A DNA stretch of 64,000 nucleotides from NCBI GenBank assembly GCA_048885535.1, contig JBHLLO010000008.1, forward strand, positions 1 through 64,000. Reading direction: 5' to 3'. The position numbers and the translations under genes are program-made. Position 1 is the first letter of the stretch. The number at the start of each line of letters is the position of its first letter. Origin of the DNA: Candidatus Hermodarchaeota archaeon (GTDB lineage: Archaea > Asgardarchaeota > Lokiarchaeia > Sigyniarchaeales > SOKP01). Below are positions 31,752 to 41,805 of the stretch, in pieces. The notes under the pieces were generated by a model, which saw only the letters and a program-made list of their open reading frames with translations, did no database searches and was not told the DNA's origin.

Positions 31752-32390
31752 TTGGCCGACTTTTTATTAATATTTGAAGATATTCCCTTTTATACAAAGA
31801 AGGATATTGATAAGGGGTTAACGCCGCTTGAAGTTTACAAATTATGCTCTTGTATAAGGGAAACTTTTTGTCTTTCTTATTCAATCAGAAAAGGGAACAA
31901 TTTATATATATCGCTTTATAAAAAATTAGCTTTAATTAAATTTCAAGGAGATAAGCTAAGATTCTTAGGATCAGACGAAAGGTCACAGGAAATTTTATTA
32001 AATAAAGCGATAACTAAAATTTATGAAATTAATATGAGTAATATATGGAAAAAATCAACTGCTGGAATTTTTATTAGAAAGATCGAGAGTCTAAGAAAAT
32101 TGCAACACTTTATTGAGTTAATAAGTCATAATAGAATTATTATACAAAACAATTATATTCAAGGAGAATATTATTTGACTATTAAACAATTAAAAAGTTT
32201 AACAGATTTAAACAATTATCTCTTTATTTTACCAGATTATCATAATGGATCAAAAAATCCCAACATTTTCGCTATATTAGAAAGACTGAGTAATTTAAAA
32301 TTTGTAATGTTTCCCAGAATTAATAAAATCGAAAATAAATTATTATTTATCAACTATATTATTGATCAACAAAAGAGCTCTTCAATTTAG
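31752..32390 (+). CDS. trmY: TrmY-like SPOUT methyltransferase (divergent)
   Basis: LCSCIRETFCLSYSIR and FQGDKLRFLGSDERS resemble TrmY; follows srp54; C-terminal SAM knot degenerate. Confidence 0.6.
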   Translation: MADFLLIFEDIPFYTKKDIDKGLTPLEVYKLCSCIRETFCLSYSIRKGNNLYISLYKKLALIKFQGDKLRFLGSDERSQEILLNKAITKIYEINMSNIWKKSTAGIFIRKIESLRKLQHFIELISHNRIIIQNNYIQGEYYLTIKQLKSLTDLNNYLFILPDYHNGSKNPNIFAILERLSNLKFVMFPRINKIENKLLFINYIIDQQKSSSI

Positions 32391-32397
32391 ATTAGAT

Positions 32398-33801
32398 ATG
32401 ATATTAAAAAATGCAAACATCTATATCAACGGAGAAATAAAAGAGGGAATTTTATTTATTCAAAATGAAGTTATTGAATCAATTTTATTAGGAACTAATC
32501 AAAAAAATCTGAATATAATAAGGCAAAAAAATCAAGATGGTATTGAGCTTAACTGTGAAAAGAGAATAATTTTACCAGGAATTATAGATATTCATTCCCA
32601 TTTAAGAGATATGGGTGAAAGTCATAAAGAGACTTACATAACAGGAACAAAAGCTGCAGCTTTTTCCGGGATTACCACTATTTTTAATATGCCTAACACA
32701 ATTCCACCTGCTAATACATCAGAACGTATAAAAGAATGGATGAATAAAGCACTGAATAATATATTTGTTGATACCGGATTTATCGCTGGAGTTCCCGAAG
32801 GAATTAATGAAGAAGAAATAGAAAAAATTATTAAATTAGGGGTTATTGGTTTTAAAATTTATCCATTAAAACCTTTAAGTGGCACTAATTGGAAAAACCC
32901 CTCAAATATTCAAAAAATCTTACTTATTTCATCGAAATTTCAAATTCCCATTTTTATCCATCCAGATTGGCCTTCTTCCAAAATAAAAAAAGAAAGACTA
33001 ATAGATATGAATATACAGAGAGGAACTCCTCTTTTACAAATTCATAATAACCTTTATCCATGTAAAAGGGAAACGATGTTTATTAAATTTGTTCTAGAAA
33101 ATTATTTTACAGTTATAGGGGATTACACCTTACCTCCTGAAAAATATCCTATCGTTCACTTTTGTCACATTAGTTGTAAAGAAAGCATTAAAGAGCTCAC
33201 TCTTTATGATGAATATGATATTAAGCCGAATATCTCTTTTGAAGTCACTCCGCACCATCTATTATTAAATTATAATATTGATTTAGAAATCCCAAGTTAT
33301 GGTAAAGTCCTACCGCCCTTAAGACAAAAATCTAATCCTAAATACCTATTCAATAAATTAAAGAAAGGTAAAATAAAATATATTGGAACTGATCATGCAC
33401 CTCATACCATTGAAGAAAAATCATTACCTTTTTTTGAAGCACCCTCTGGGTTTCCTGGATTTGAAACTTATACACTACTACTTTTGGATAAAGTTTTTCA
33501 AGATCAATTAAAATTGCACTATTTTGTTCAAGCAGCAGCAGAAAATCCTGCGTTAAAGTTTAATTTGAAAATGAAAGGTTTTATTAAAGAACAATATTAT
33601 GCTGACCTATTAATTATTGAAAAAGTTGAAGATCACCCAATAGATGTCCAGGAATTTAAAACTAAAGCTAAATATACTCCATTTGAAAATTCTAAATTTT
33701 CTGATCAATTAACTTCGGCTAAAATTTGGAAGGTAATACTGAGAGGTAAGGAAATTAATATTGAAAATAGTGCTCCAAGTGGTAGAATAATTACAATGTA
33801 A
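32398..33801 (+). CDS. pyrC: Dihydroorotase
   Basis: PGIIDIHSHLR, MPNT, HFCHIS, EVTPHHL, TDHAPH. Confidence 0.88.
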   Translation: MILKNANIYINGEIKEGILFIQNEVIESILLGTNQKNLNIIRQKNQDGIELNCEKRIILPGIIDIHSHLRDMGESHKETYITGTKAAAFSGITTIFNMPNTIPPANTSERIKEWMNKALNNIFVDTGFIAGVPEGINEEEIEKIIKLGVIGFKIYPLKPLSGTNWKNPSNIQKILLISSKFQIPIFIHPDWPSSKIKKERLIDMNIQRGTPLLQIHNNLYPCKRETMFIKFVLENYFTVIGDYTLPPEKYPIVHFCHISCKESIKELTLYDEYDIKPNISFEVTPHHLLLNYNIDLEIPSYGKVLPPLRQKSNPKYLFNKLKKGKIKYIGTDHAPHTIEEKSLPFFEAPSGFPGFETYTLLLLDKVFQDQLKLHYFVQAAAENPALKFNLKMKGFIKEQYYADLLIIEKVEDHPIDVQEFKTKAKYTPFENSKFSDQLTSAKIWKVILRGKEINIENSAPSGRIITM

Positions 33802-33862
33802 ACTATAAATGAACGTAGAATCTATCTATTATTATTAAGAATTTTTTTATTAAAAATAACCT

Positions 33863-34501
33863 ATGTCAAATAACGAGATTTTTAGTTTAGAAGACGGAAA
33901 AATCTTAATACAATTCGCAAGAGAAAATATTAAACATTATTTAAAAAACAATAAGAGCATACCTGTTCCGGAGGATATCAAAGAGAAATTTTCAGAAAAT
34001 TATGGAGCTTTTGTGACCTTGAATGTTTATAATGTTACAGGAAATCCTTTAAGAGGTTGTATTGGTTATATCGAGCCAACTTATCCTTTATATGATGTAA
34101 TCCATAAGGTTTCAATTAGCTCTGCTGTAGAAGATCCACGCTTTCCATCTGTTTCGATTGAAGAAATGGATAATATCGTTATAGAAGTTTCTATATTAAC
34201 TCCTCCGAAGTTGATTACAGTTAAGGAACCAAAGGAGTATCTATCTAAGATAGTAATTGGAAGAGATGGTTTGATTATTGAAAGAGGGATGAGGCGTGGT
34301 TTACTTTTGCCTCAAGTTCCTATTGAACATGATAGAAATTGGGATGTTGAAACTTTTTTAAAACATACTTGTAATAAAGCATGGCTATCAGATGATGCTT
34401 GGAAAGACGAAAATACTAAAATTTATTCTTTTCAAGCAATAATTTTTGAAGAAAAAAAACCGAATGGAGAAGTGAAGAGAAAGTATCTAGCACCATCATA
34501 A
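33863..34501 (+). CDS. AMMECR1-domain protein
   Basis: GAFVTL, LRGCIG, DPRF, GLLLPQV. Confidence 0.93.
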   Translation: MSNNEIFSLEDGKILIQFARENIKHYLKNNKSIPVPEDIKEKFSENYGAFVTLNVYNVTGNPLRGCIGYIEPTYPLYDVIHKVSISSAVEDPRFPSVSIEEMDNIVIEVSILTPPKLITVKEPKEYLSKIVIGRDGLIIERGMRRGLLLPQVPIEHDRNWDVETFLKHTCNKAWLSDDAWKDENTKIYSFQAIIFEEKKPNGEVKRKYLAPS

Positions 34502-34532
34502 ATGATATGTGGAGGGAGTCTAAGGAGATTTT

Positions 34533-36038
34533 ATGGAAAATTTAATTATAACTATTGATATTTCTTCAAACTCGGTTAAAGTTGGTCTTGTATCTGAATC
34601 TCTAACCATAAATTCAGTAATAAACCAAAAATTTAAAGTCATTGACGAGGATATTGATGGAATAGCTAAAAGGTTCAATATGGATGAGATATGGAATAAG
34701 GTGTTAACTGGAATTCAATTATTGTTAAATGAGTATAAATCAAAAGAACCTAATATTATTGGAATTTCCTCTTGTGCACAAAGAATTGCTACAGTATTTG
34801 TAGACAATAAAGGAAGAGAAATCTATGGAGGTCCAAATACAGATGTGCGGGGGATAGATGCAGGATATATTATTGATGATGAATTTTCAGAAGAAGACTT
34901 ATTTGAAATAACGGGACATAGCCCTTCATTGCTATTTTGTTTAGCACGTTTGTTATGGTTCAGAGAAGAGGATGAACAGAATTATAATAGAATTAATAAG
35001 GTTTTAATGTTAGATGATTGGTTAATCTATCGCCTTTCAGGGGAATTTTGTACTGATTTATCATCATCATCTGAATCTCAATTAATAGATATCAAAAGGC
35101 GCGAATGGAGTTCAGAAATTATCCAAACTTTTAATTTTGATCCAGCATTTTTTCCCAAAATTGTGGATTCTGGTTCAATAGTAGGCGAATTAAAATCAGA
35201 TTTAAAAACCAGATTTAATTTAAAACAAACAGAGATTCCAATTATTAAAACAGGTGGAGATACACAAGCTTCTTTATTAGGAATGGGAGTCATAGAGGAG
35301 GGAGATATTGGAATTAGTTTAGGTACTACTTCACCACTCGATTTAGTCATAAATAAACCGATTATGGATCCAGAACACAATTTCTGGACTTCATGCCACT
35401 TGTTAGAAAACAAATGGCTAATTGAGGCTCATGCAGGTAATACAGGAGCAGCATACAATTGGTTTAAAGATTCCTTTTTAAGGGGGGATGAAGATTCCAT
35501 TAATCTTTCACTAGAATCCTATTTAAAAAATACTCAACCTGGAACTTTTCCAATATATTCATATTTAGGACCTGAGAAAATGAATATTAAGAATCAAACA
35601 TCAATAAAAAGAGGTATTTTTATATTCCCCCCCCCAATTATGATTTTAGAAAAATTACCTCGCTTTGAACATTTTTTAAGAAGCGTTATCGAGAATATAG
35701 CCTTTGGAGTCTATGAAAATCATCATTTTTTACAAAAATTTCTAGATTTGGAGCCAACAACATATTGTGCTGGAGGAATGACTAAATCAAAAGAGTTTTG
35801 CAAGATTTTAGCAAATGTTTTGAATACAAAAATCACAACTCCATCTATTAAGGAATCTTCGATTATAGGTGTAGCATTAAATGTCTTGAAAGCCCTGAAA
35901 TACTATCCAGATTATGATACTATTATTAATAAATTTGTAGAATTTGAAAAATTTCAACCAGTATCTTCAATCTCAGACAATTATAAGAATATTTATAATC
36001 AATGGAAATTTTTCAAACAAAAAATTGACGACTTATAA
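34533..36038 (+). CDS. FGGY carbohydrate kinase (LsrK-like)
   Basis: IDISSNSVK, GPNTDVR, ARLLWF, GGDTQ, GTTSP. Confidence 0.85.
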   Translation: MENLIITIDISSNSVKVGLVSESLTINSVINQKFKVIDEDIDGIAKRFNMDEIWNKVLTGIQLLLNEYKSKEPNIIGISSCAQRIATVFVDNKGREIYGGPNTDVRGIDAGYIIDDEFSEEDLFEITGHSPSLLFCLARLLWFREEDEQNYNRINKVLMLDDWLIYRLSGEFCTDLSSSSESQLIDIKRREWSSEIIQTFNFDPAFFPKIVDSGSIVGELKSDLKTRFNLKQTEIPIIKTGGDTQASLLGMGVIEEGDIGISLGTTSPLDLVINKPIMDPEHNFWTSCHLLENKWLIEAHAGNTGAAYNWFKDSFLRGDEDSINLSLESYLKNTQPGTFPIYSYLGPEKMNIKNQTSIKRGIFIFPPPIMILEKLPRFEHFLRSVIENIAFGVYENHHFLQKFLDLEPTTYCAGGMTKSKEFCKILANVLNTKITTPSIKESSIIGVALNVLKALKYYPDYDTIINKFVEFEKFQPVSSISDNYKNIYNQWKFFKQKIDDL

Positions 36039-36090
36039 AAAATAGATTTTTAGCATTAACATATAAATTATTTTTTAGAAAGTTATTATT

Positions 36091-36441
36091 ATGAAAGATT
36101 TTTCAAATATTGAGGATTGCTTAAAAGAAATTGAAAATCGTTATGTTAATACTGAAAAAGTAAGGAAAAAGCTAGCTAGTTTTAATGAACCCATTCAAGT
36201 AAAATTCTTAGATACCAATAGACACGTGCTACTTTTAATCAATAAAGATCAAGGGATTGAAATCAAGGATCAGTTTAGAGATGATAATGCTACAGTAAAA
36301 ATTGAATTCACTATGGAACAAGATATGATAGATTTATTTAATAAGGAACTTGGTGCCGTTAAAGCTTACTCTATTGGAAAGATAAAAATAATTGAAGGTA
36401 ATATGCGAAACTTAATGAGACTTAAGAGCTTAATGTTTTAA
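36091..36441 (+). CDS. SCP2 sterol-carrier-like protein
   Basis: C-terminal LFNKELGAVKAYSIGKIKIIEGNMRNLMRL pattern typical of SCP2. Confidence 0.75.
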   Translation: MKDFSNIEDCLKEIENRYVNTEKVRKKLASFNEPIQVKFLDTNRHVLLLINKDQGIEIKDQFRDDNATVKIEFTMEQDMIDLFNKELGAVKAYSIGKIKIIEGNMRNLMRLKSLMF

Positions 36442-36488
36442 ACACGAGTTATAAATTAAAAAAATAAAATCATAAAGAAGTTCTTATT

Positions 36489-38171
36489 ATGAAAGCGTTA
36501 ATTACGGCTAGGATCTCTGAAAAAGTATTAAAAGAATTAAAGAGCTTTCTGGAAATTACCTATGAAAGTTGGAGAGATACAGGAATCATATATCTTGATG
36601 CTAAGGAATTGGTAGAAAAATTGAAAGGATATGATATTTTTATAACAGCTGCAGATGATCTAAAAAATCCAGAAATATTTGATCAGACAAACCTCAAATT
36701 AATAATCTCTTGTCGAGGGGATCCATTTAATATTAATTTAGAAGCCGCAGCAAGAAACAAAATTCCTATTCTTTTCACTCCATTTAGAAATATTGACGCT
36801 GTAGCTGAACTTACAGTTGGTTTAATGATATTATTGGCTCGAAAGTTGACACAATTAGACAGATATCTCCACTCTAAAGATTTTGAAGTTGTAGATTTCG
36901 AAGATTGGATTCGTCTTTATAATCAATTTATGGGCACAGAATTATTAGATAAAACAGTCGGTATTATTGGGTTTGGTCAAATTGGTCGTAAAGTAACAGA
37001 AAGATTGAAATCATTTGGTGTTAAATTTCTAATTTATGACCCTTACTTGTCAGATGAAATGTTGAAACCCTATGGTAAAGCAGTTAGCATAGACGAATTG
37101 ATGAGGGAATCTGATTTTATATCCATTCATGCATCTGCTACAGATGAAAATGATAACTTAATAAATAAAGAACGAATTGAATTGATGAAAAATACTGCTT
37201 ATCTGCTTAACCTAGCTAAAGGAAGTCTTGTTGATTATAATGCTTTACTTGATGCGTTGAAAAGTAAAAGAATTGCAGGTGCTGCTCTGGATGTATTTCC
37301 TTTGGAACCAATTGATGAAGATAATCCATTTTTGGAACTGGATAATGTGATTGTTACTCCTCATATTGGAGGGAATAGTGAAGAAGTCATAAAACGTCAG
37401 TCATTAATGCTACTAAAGGATATAAAAGCTTGGTTTAATCATGAAAAACCAAGCAATATACTAAATCCCGAAGTTTTTAATGATTATAAAACTCAAGAAA
37501 AACTTGATACTTCAAATATAAAAAAAATAAAAATAGAAATTGTAGAAACCTGTAAAAAACTATTAGATGATGGCCATGTTATAGGTTCCGCTGGAAATGT
37601 GAGTGTAAGAGTGAAATTCAATGATAAAGAACTAGTTTTAATTACTCCAAGTAATGTGAGATATGATAAAATGAAACCGGAGGATATATTAGTTATAAAT
37701 ATGGAAGGTAAAGTAATAGAAGGAGAGAGAAATCCTTCAGTTGAGAAGAAAATGCATATAGGTATCTATAATGAAAGAAATGATATTCATGCAATAATTC
37801 ATGCCCACAGTATTTATTCTACCGTACTTAGTTCTTTAAATCTCTCATTACCCCCTGTAATTGAAGAACTAGTACCATACATAGGTGGAGAGGTTTTATG
37901 TGCGAAATATGAAGAGGCTGGCACATCAGATTTAGCAGCAGCAGTTATTGAAGCTTTAGGCGAAAATTTTGCAGTATTACTTTCAAATCATGGCAACATT
38001 TGTTGTGGAAGTCATCTGGAAGGTGCTTACACAGTTTTACAATATTTAGAGAGAGGATCAAAAATTTATTATCATGCGAAACTGATAAAAGATCCAAATT
38101 TATTACCTGAAGATACAGTTGATTATGAGAAGGAAATATTTGAAATATTTAAAGACTCGAAAAAAATTTAA
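36489..38171 (+). CDS. Fusion: D-2-hydroxyacid dehydrogenase + class II aldolase
   Basis: AVAE, GIIGFGQIG, LDVFPLEP, TPHIGG; then SAGNVS, ITPS, PSVEKKMH, HAHS, NHG. Confidence 0.88.
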   Translation: MKALITARISEKVLKELKSFLEITYESWRDTGIIYLDAKELVEKLKGYDIFITAADDLKNPEIFDQTNLKLIISCRGDPFNINLEAAARNKIPILFTPFRNIDAVAELTVGLMILLARKLTQLDRYLHSKDFEVVDFEDWIRLYNQFMGTELLDKTVGIIGFGQIGRKVTERLKSFGVKFLIYDPYLSDEMLKPYGKAVSIDELMRESDFISIHASATDENDNLINKERIELMKNTAYLLNLAKGSLVDYNALLDALKSKRIAGAALDVFPLEPIDEDNPFLELDNVIVTPHIGGNSEEVIKRQSLMLLKDIKAWFNHEKPSNILNPEVFNDYKTQEKLDTSNIKKIKIEIVETCKKLLDDGHVIGSAGNVSVRVKFNDKELVLITPSNVRYDKMKPEDILVINMEGKVIEGERNPSVEKKMHIGIYNERNDIHAIIHAHSIYSTVLSSLNLSLPPVIEELVPYIGGEVLCAKYEEAGTSDLAAAVIEALGENFAVLLSNHGNICCGSHLEGAYTVLQYLERGSKIYYHAKLIKDPNLLPEDTVDYEKEIFEIFKDSKKI

Positions 38172-38393
38172 GCAAATTACTCTTTCAAATCCTTTATTGA
38201 ACATTTATAATTTATATTGATCTCGATATTTAGTAACTTTTTCAAAAATGGTTATTAAATTTATTAAGTTTTGTCGCATAAATTAAACTAAATATTATAA
38301 AATTTTGTTTATAATTAAGCTAGAGGGAATCTAAACACTGCAATAAAAATCGATGGCAGAGTTTTATTACTAAAAATCAAAGTAGGTGATAAT

Positions 38394-40436
38394 ATTTCAC
38401 AATTAAGTGGTGTTATCGTTCCATCCATAACATTCTACAATAAAAATTACGAAATAAATACTGAATTACATTCTTTATTGAACCGTCATCTTCTTGTTAA
38501 TGGAGCAGAATCACTTTACTTATTTGGAGTTGCTGGTGAAGGAATAATTTTCTCCAATAATCAAAATGAAAAAGCCAAGCTTATTCAATTAACTAAAGTA
38601 ATCACTAAGAAGAAAACTCCCCTTATTGTGGGAGTTCTGGGAAATGAATGGGAAGAAATTGCGGAGGAACTCAATAATTTAGGCAAAAAGTTTAATGAAG
38701 TTGGTTTTGTATTGGCTCCACCATTTAATGAAAAAATCAGCAATTTATATTCATATTTCACACAAATCTTTGAATCCGTAAATATTAAAAATCCTATTTT
38801 CCTATGTAATAATCCTTCAGAATTTGGAGAAAATGAATTCACCCCAGAAATAGTTAAAAATTTAATAGATAATGCATACATCTCTGGAATTATTGATTCA
38901 TTTGAAAACATAAATTATTGTAGATCATATATTCAAATGATAAATGAAAATTTTTCTTTTTGTTGTGGAAAGGAGGAAAATTTTCAAAAGTTTCTTCAAT
39001 TCATACCTTTAAATTTACGAAAATACTGCGGGATAGTGCCAAGTATTAGTAATTTAGTAAATATTAGTTCAAAATTATATTATTGTGCACTTGAAGACAA
39101 AATATTAGAGTTACACCAGTTACAAGACCAATTAAATGATATTAGAAATAAAATATATGATTTTAAAATAGAAAAAGGTAAAATACAAAGAGGCTTGAAA
39201 TATTCATTTCTATATTTATATCGAGATATTATTCAAAATTATATCGAAGTTTATGATGAAACGACTCCTGAATTCCAAAGAGAATTAGATGAAATAACTA
39301 AAGAAAGGATTCAAGCAACAGTTAATTCTTTACTGAACCAAAAAGTTATTTATCAATTATATTCTCTCACTAAGGAGGAAATTTATCAGTTAGATGATAT
39401 TATAAAAACCTTTTCCCGTATAGATGTTTTAAGTAAACAAGGTAAAATTAAAAAAATTATTGGTCTATTTAAAGCAAAAATAAATACTATATATCGTGTT
39501 AATTTTGAAAATAGTCAATTGATTTTTAGATTTCGAACTTTTAAAGCATTCGAAAGTGAAAATCTCATAAAAGAAAAATTATTATTTCCCATTTTAGATA
39601 AGTCTATAAAACCAGATTTGGTAAATTTCAGAGAAAAGATTAAAGAAGTAATCTCTACTAAGAAAGGAGAATACCTTTTTAATATTGATAATCCACCTGC
39701 AGTACCCGTGGCAAATTTAATTTATTATGATGAGACTAAAGAAGTTATTCCTTATTTATTTTCAGTTCAGAATTATCTACATGGAAAATCTTTAAAAAGT
39801 TTGTATGAAAAATATATAGGAGAGAATTTTAGTTTTAATAAGTCAAAATTCCTTAACTTATTTAGCGATGTAGGAGATGTCTTAGGAAAGTTACACAGCA
39901 TAAAATTTGGATTATTTTATAAAGATCTTTATGAATTAGGAGAACAAGGAAAAAATAATTGTATAGAATTCTTCACACTAGAATTAGATTCTCAAATCCA
40001 AGAGGCAAAAAAATTCAACTTTCCTTTAGAAATGCAAACTATGAAATATATAAAGGAAAATATTATTTTATTAGAAGAAGATCAACCGATTTTAACTCAC
40101 AATGATTTCCAATGGACGAATATCATTGTCAAGGATGAACCAGCAAAATTCCAATTAAGTGGAATAATTGATTTTGATAATTGGGGTGTTGGGGTAAGAG
40201 CCCAAGATTTTATACTAATGGAGAATATTAGTCTGAAAGCAATAAATAATAATGAAATAAAACAAAAGTTTTATGAAGGATATCAAAAATACTACAAAAT
40301 AGATAATGATTTTAACAAGAAAATTGATTTATTTTCTTTGTTATATTATTTGAGGGAATATAATAATACAACGCAAGAGCAATTGAACAGAAATTTAATT
40401 TTGGAGAAAATTCAACAAATTCTTGATAACAATTAA
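38394..40436 (+). CDS. Fusion: degenerate DapA-like domain + APH/choline-kinase-like phosphotransferase
   Basis: LSGVIVPSITFY (in frame upstream of listed start), FGVAGEG; C-terminal THNDFQWTNII and IIDFD; probable ATT start. Confidence 0.75.
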   Translation: MSQLSGVIVPSITFYNKNYEINTELHSLLNRHLLVNGAESLYLFGVAGEGIIFSNNQNEKAKLIQLTKVITKKKTPLIVGVLGNEWEEIAEELNNLGKKFNEVGFVLAPPFNEKISNLYSYFTQIFESVNIKNPIFLCNNPSEFGENEFTPEIVKNLIDNAYISGIIDSFENINYCRSYIQMINENFSFCCGKEENFQKFLQFIPLNLRKYCGIVPSISNLVNISSKLYYCALEDKILELHQLQDQLNDIRNKIYDFKIEKGKIQRGLKYSFLYLYRDIIQNYIEVYDETTPEFQRELDEITKERIQATVNSLLNQKVIYQLYSLTKEEIYQLDDIIKTFSRIDVLSKQGKIKKIIGLFKAKINTIYRVNFENSQLIFRFRTFKAFESENLIKEKLLFPILDKSIKPDLVNFREKIKEVISTKKGEYLFNIDNPPAVPVANLIYYDETKEVIPYLFSVQNYLHGKSLKSLYEKYIGENFSFNKSKFLNLFSDVGDVLGKLHSIKFGLFYKDLYELGEQGKNNCIEFFTLELDSQIQEAKKFNFPLEMQTMKYIKENIILLEEDQPILTHNDFQWTNIIVKDEPAKFQLSGIIDFDNWGVGVRAQDFILMENISLKAINNNEIKQKFYEGYQKYYKIDNDFNKKIDLFSLLYYLREYNNTTQEQLNRNLILEKIQQILDNN

Positions 40437-40457
40437 GAAATTTTCGTAGAAAAGCTA

Positions 40458-40871
40458 TTACCAAAACGCATTCTGAAACTTTTTAATCGTCTCTTCCAAA
40501 CTATCTTCAATTTCTTTTTCAAAATTAGAAAAAATTGAGTTGTCTCCATCCCAACTGTTAAGGATTTCATTAGAATAAAGCTGAAAAAACTTCTCCACAA
40601 TCTTATTCAACTCTTCAATAACTTTCTTCTCATGAACCTTTGTTGGTGATTTGGCAATAAATAGTAAACCCTTTTTCTTAAATAGAGTAAATTTCTGGTT
40701 TTGAACTTCGAAATTTGACAAACCCTCATCAACAATCTCTTCAGCAAAAGAACTCAATGCGCTCATTAAGGCCCCTAAAAGTTGTTCATCAATTTTTTCA
40801 TCGTAAATTCGGTGGTATAAGACAAGTCCTCCTTCTGATAAAATCCAGATATCTTGTAATACTTTAACCAT
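40458..40871 (-). CDS. Longin/roadblock-like small protein (Asgard type)
   Basis: IWILSEGGLVLYH, QLLGALMSALSSFAEE, WDGDNSIF. Confidence 0.7.
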   Translation of the reverse strand: MVKVLQDIWILSEGGLVLYHRIYDEKIDEQLLGALMSALSSFAEEIVDEGLSNFEVQNQKFTLFKKKGLLFIAKSPTKVHEKKVIEELNKIVEKFFQLYSNEILNSWDGDNSIFSNFEKEIEDSLEETIKKFQNAFW

Positions 40872-40939
40872 ATCACTTATCAGATCTAATAATCCTTTTA
40901 ATTTTGATATAAATATAAAAAAAAAATTATATTTAATAT

Positions 40940-41692
40940 TTATTTACTTTTAGGGCGAATGTATCCAAAATATGCTCCAATAATTCCACAAATTACAAAT
41001 ATCCATCCTAAATAGTAGAAAACAGAAAATGAGAATTGATCGCCACCTATTAAGATCAGTAATCTATCAAATAAAAAATTCAAGGGTACTAAGATAAAGA
41101 AGATCGACATTAAGGCCAAAGCTAAAAATGCATTCTTGAAAATCTTGTCCTCTGTAGATTTGTAGGATTGATAAGATCTCAATAGAAATGGAAAGTATAT
41201 TACTGCCATGAATATGAAAACAAAAAGAAATGCAATAGCATCTAATAGAGTATTTCCCCTCTGATAGATTATAAAGGAATACCCTGCTGTTATTCCTGCT
41301 AAGATTATCACAATATATTTTTGTATTCTATTATATCCTTTTCCAAATACATTTACTTTAAGGATGTATGATAGTAGGATTGCGATCGTAAGAAACACAA
41401 AACTAATCCTAAAATCTATAATTCTCAATAGTATCCAAGATTCTAATGTCCCAGGGTCAGGAGTTAATTCATTATAAATATACTCTAAATTAGAATATAA
41501 AACTAATATTTTTGAAAGCCATGAGAATATTATAGCAATAACATAATTTAAGAAGATTAAAAAAAGATATAGTGTTAAACGATGCCTTTTTTGGTAATAT
41601 TTTATTAATATTAAAATTAATAAGAAAATTGCTATAACAATTATAACCGATTCAAAAACCATTCCTATGAACTGTTTGTCAAGAAAGATCAT
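40940..41692 (-). CDS. Seven-transmembrane hypothetical protein
   Basis: About seven hydrophobic segments in 250 aa. Confidence 0.7.
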   Translation of the reverse strand: MIFLDKQFIGMVFESVIIVIAIFLLILILIKYYQKRHRLTLYLFLIFLNYVIAIIFSWLSKILVLYSNLEYIYNELTPDPGTLESWILLRIIDFRISFVFLTIAILLSYILKVNVFGKGYNRIQKYIVIILAGITAGYSFIIYQRGNTLLDAIAFLFVFIFMAVIYFPFLLRSYQSYKSTEDKIFKNAFLALALMSIFFILVPLNFLFDRLLILIGGDQFSFSVFYYLGWIFVICGIIGAYFGYIRPKSK

Positions 41693-41805
41693 AAAATGAT
41701 GATTAAAATTAGGATATTTATATTTTAAGTTTTGAAAGATTATTTAAAGTTGAAACATTGAAAAATTATATCATTAATAATAAATATTGATAAATAACAA
41801 GGATT

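Noticed and set aside
38353-38400. Intron joining ATG 38353 to the DapA frame
   Set aside because: A hairpin exists but no valid BHB central helix; an ATT start explains the data more simply
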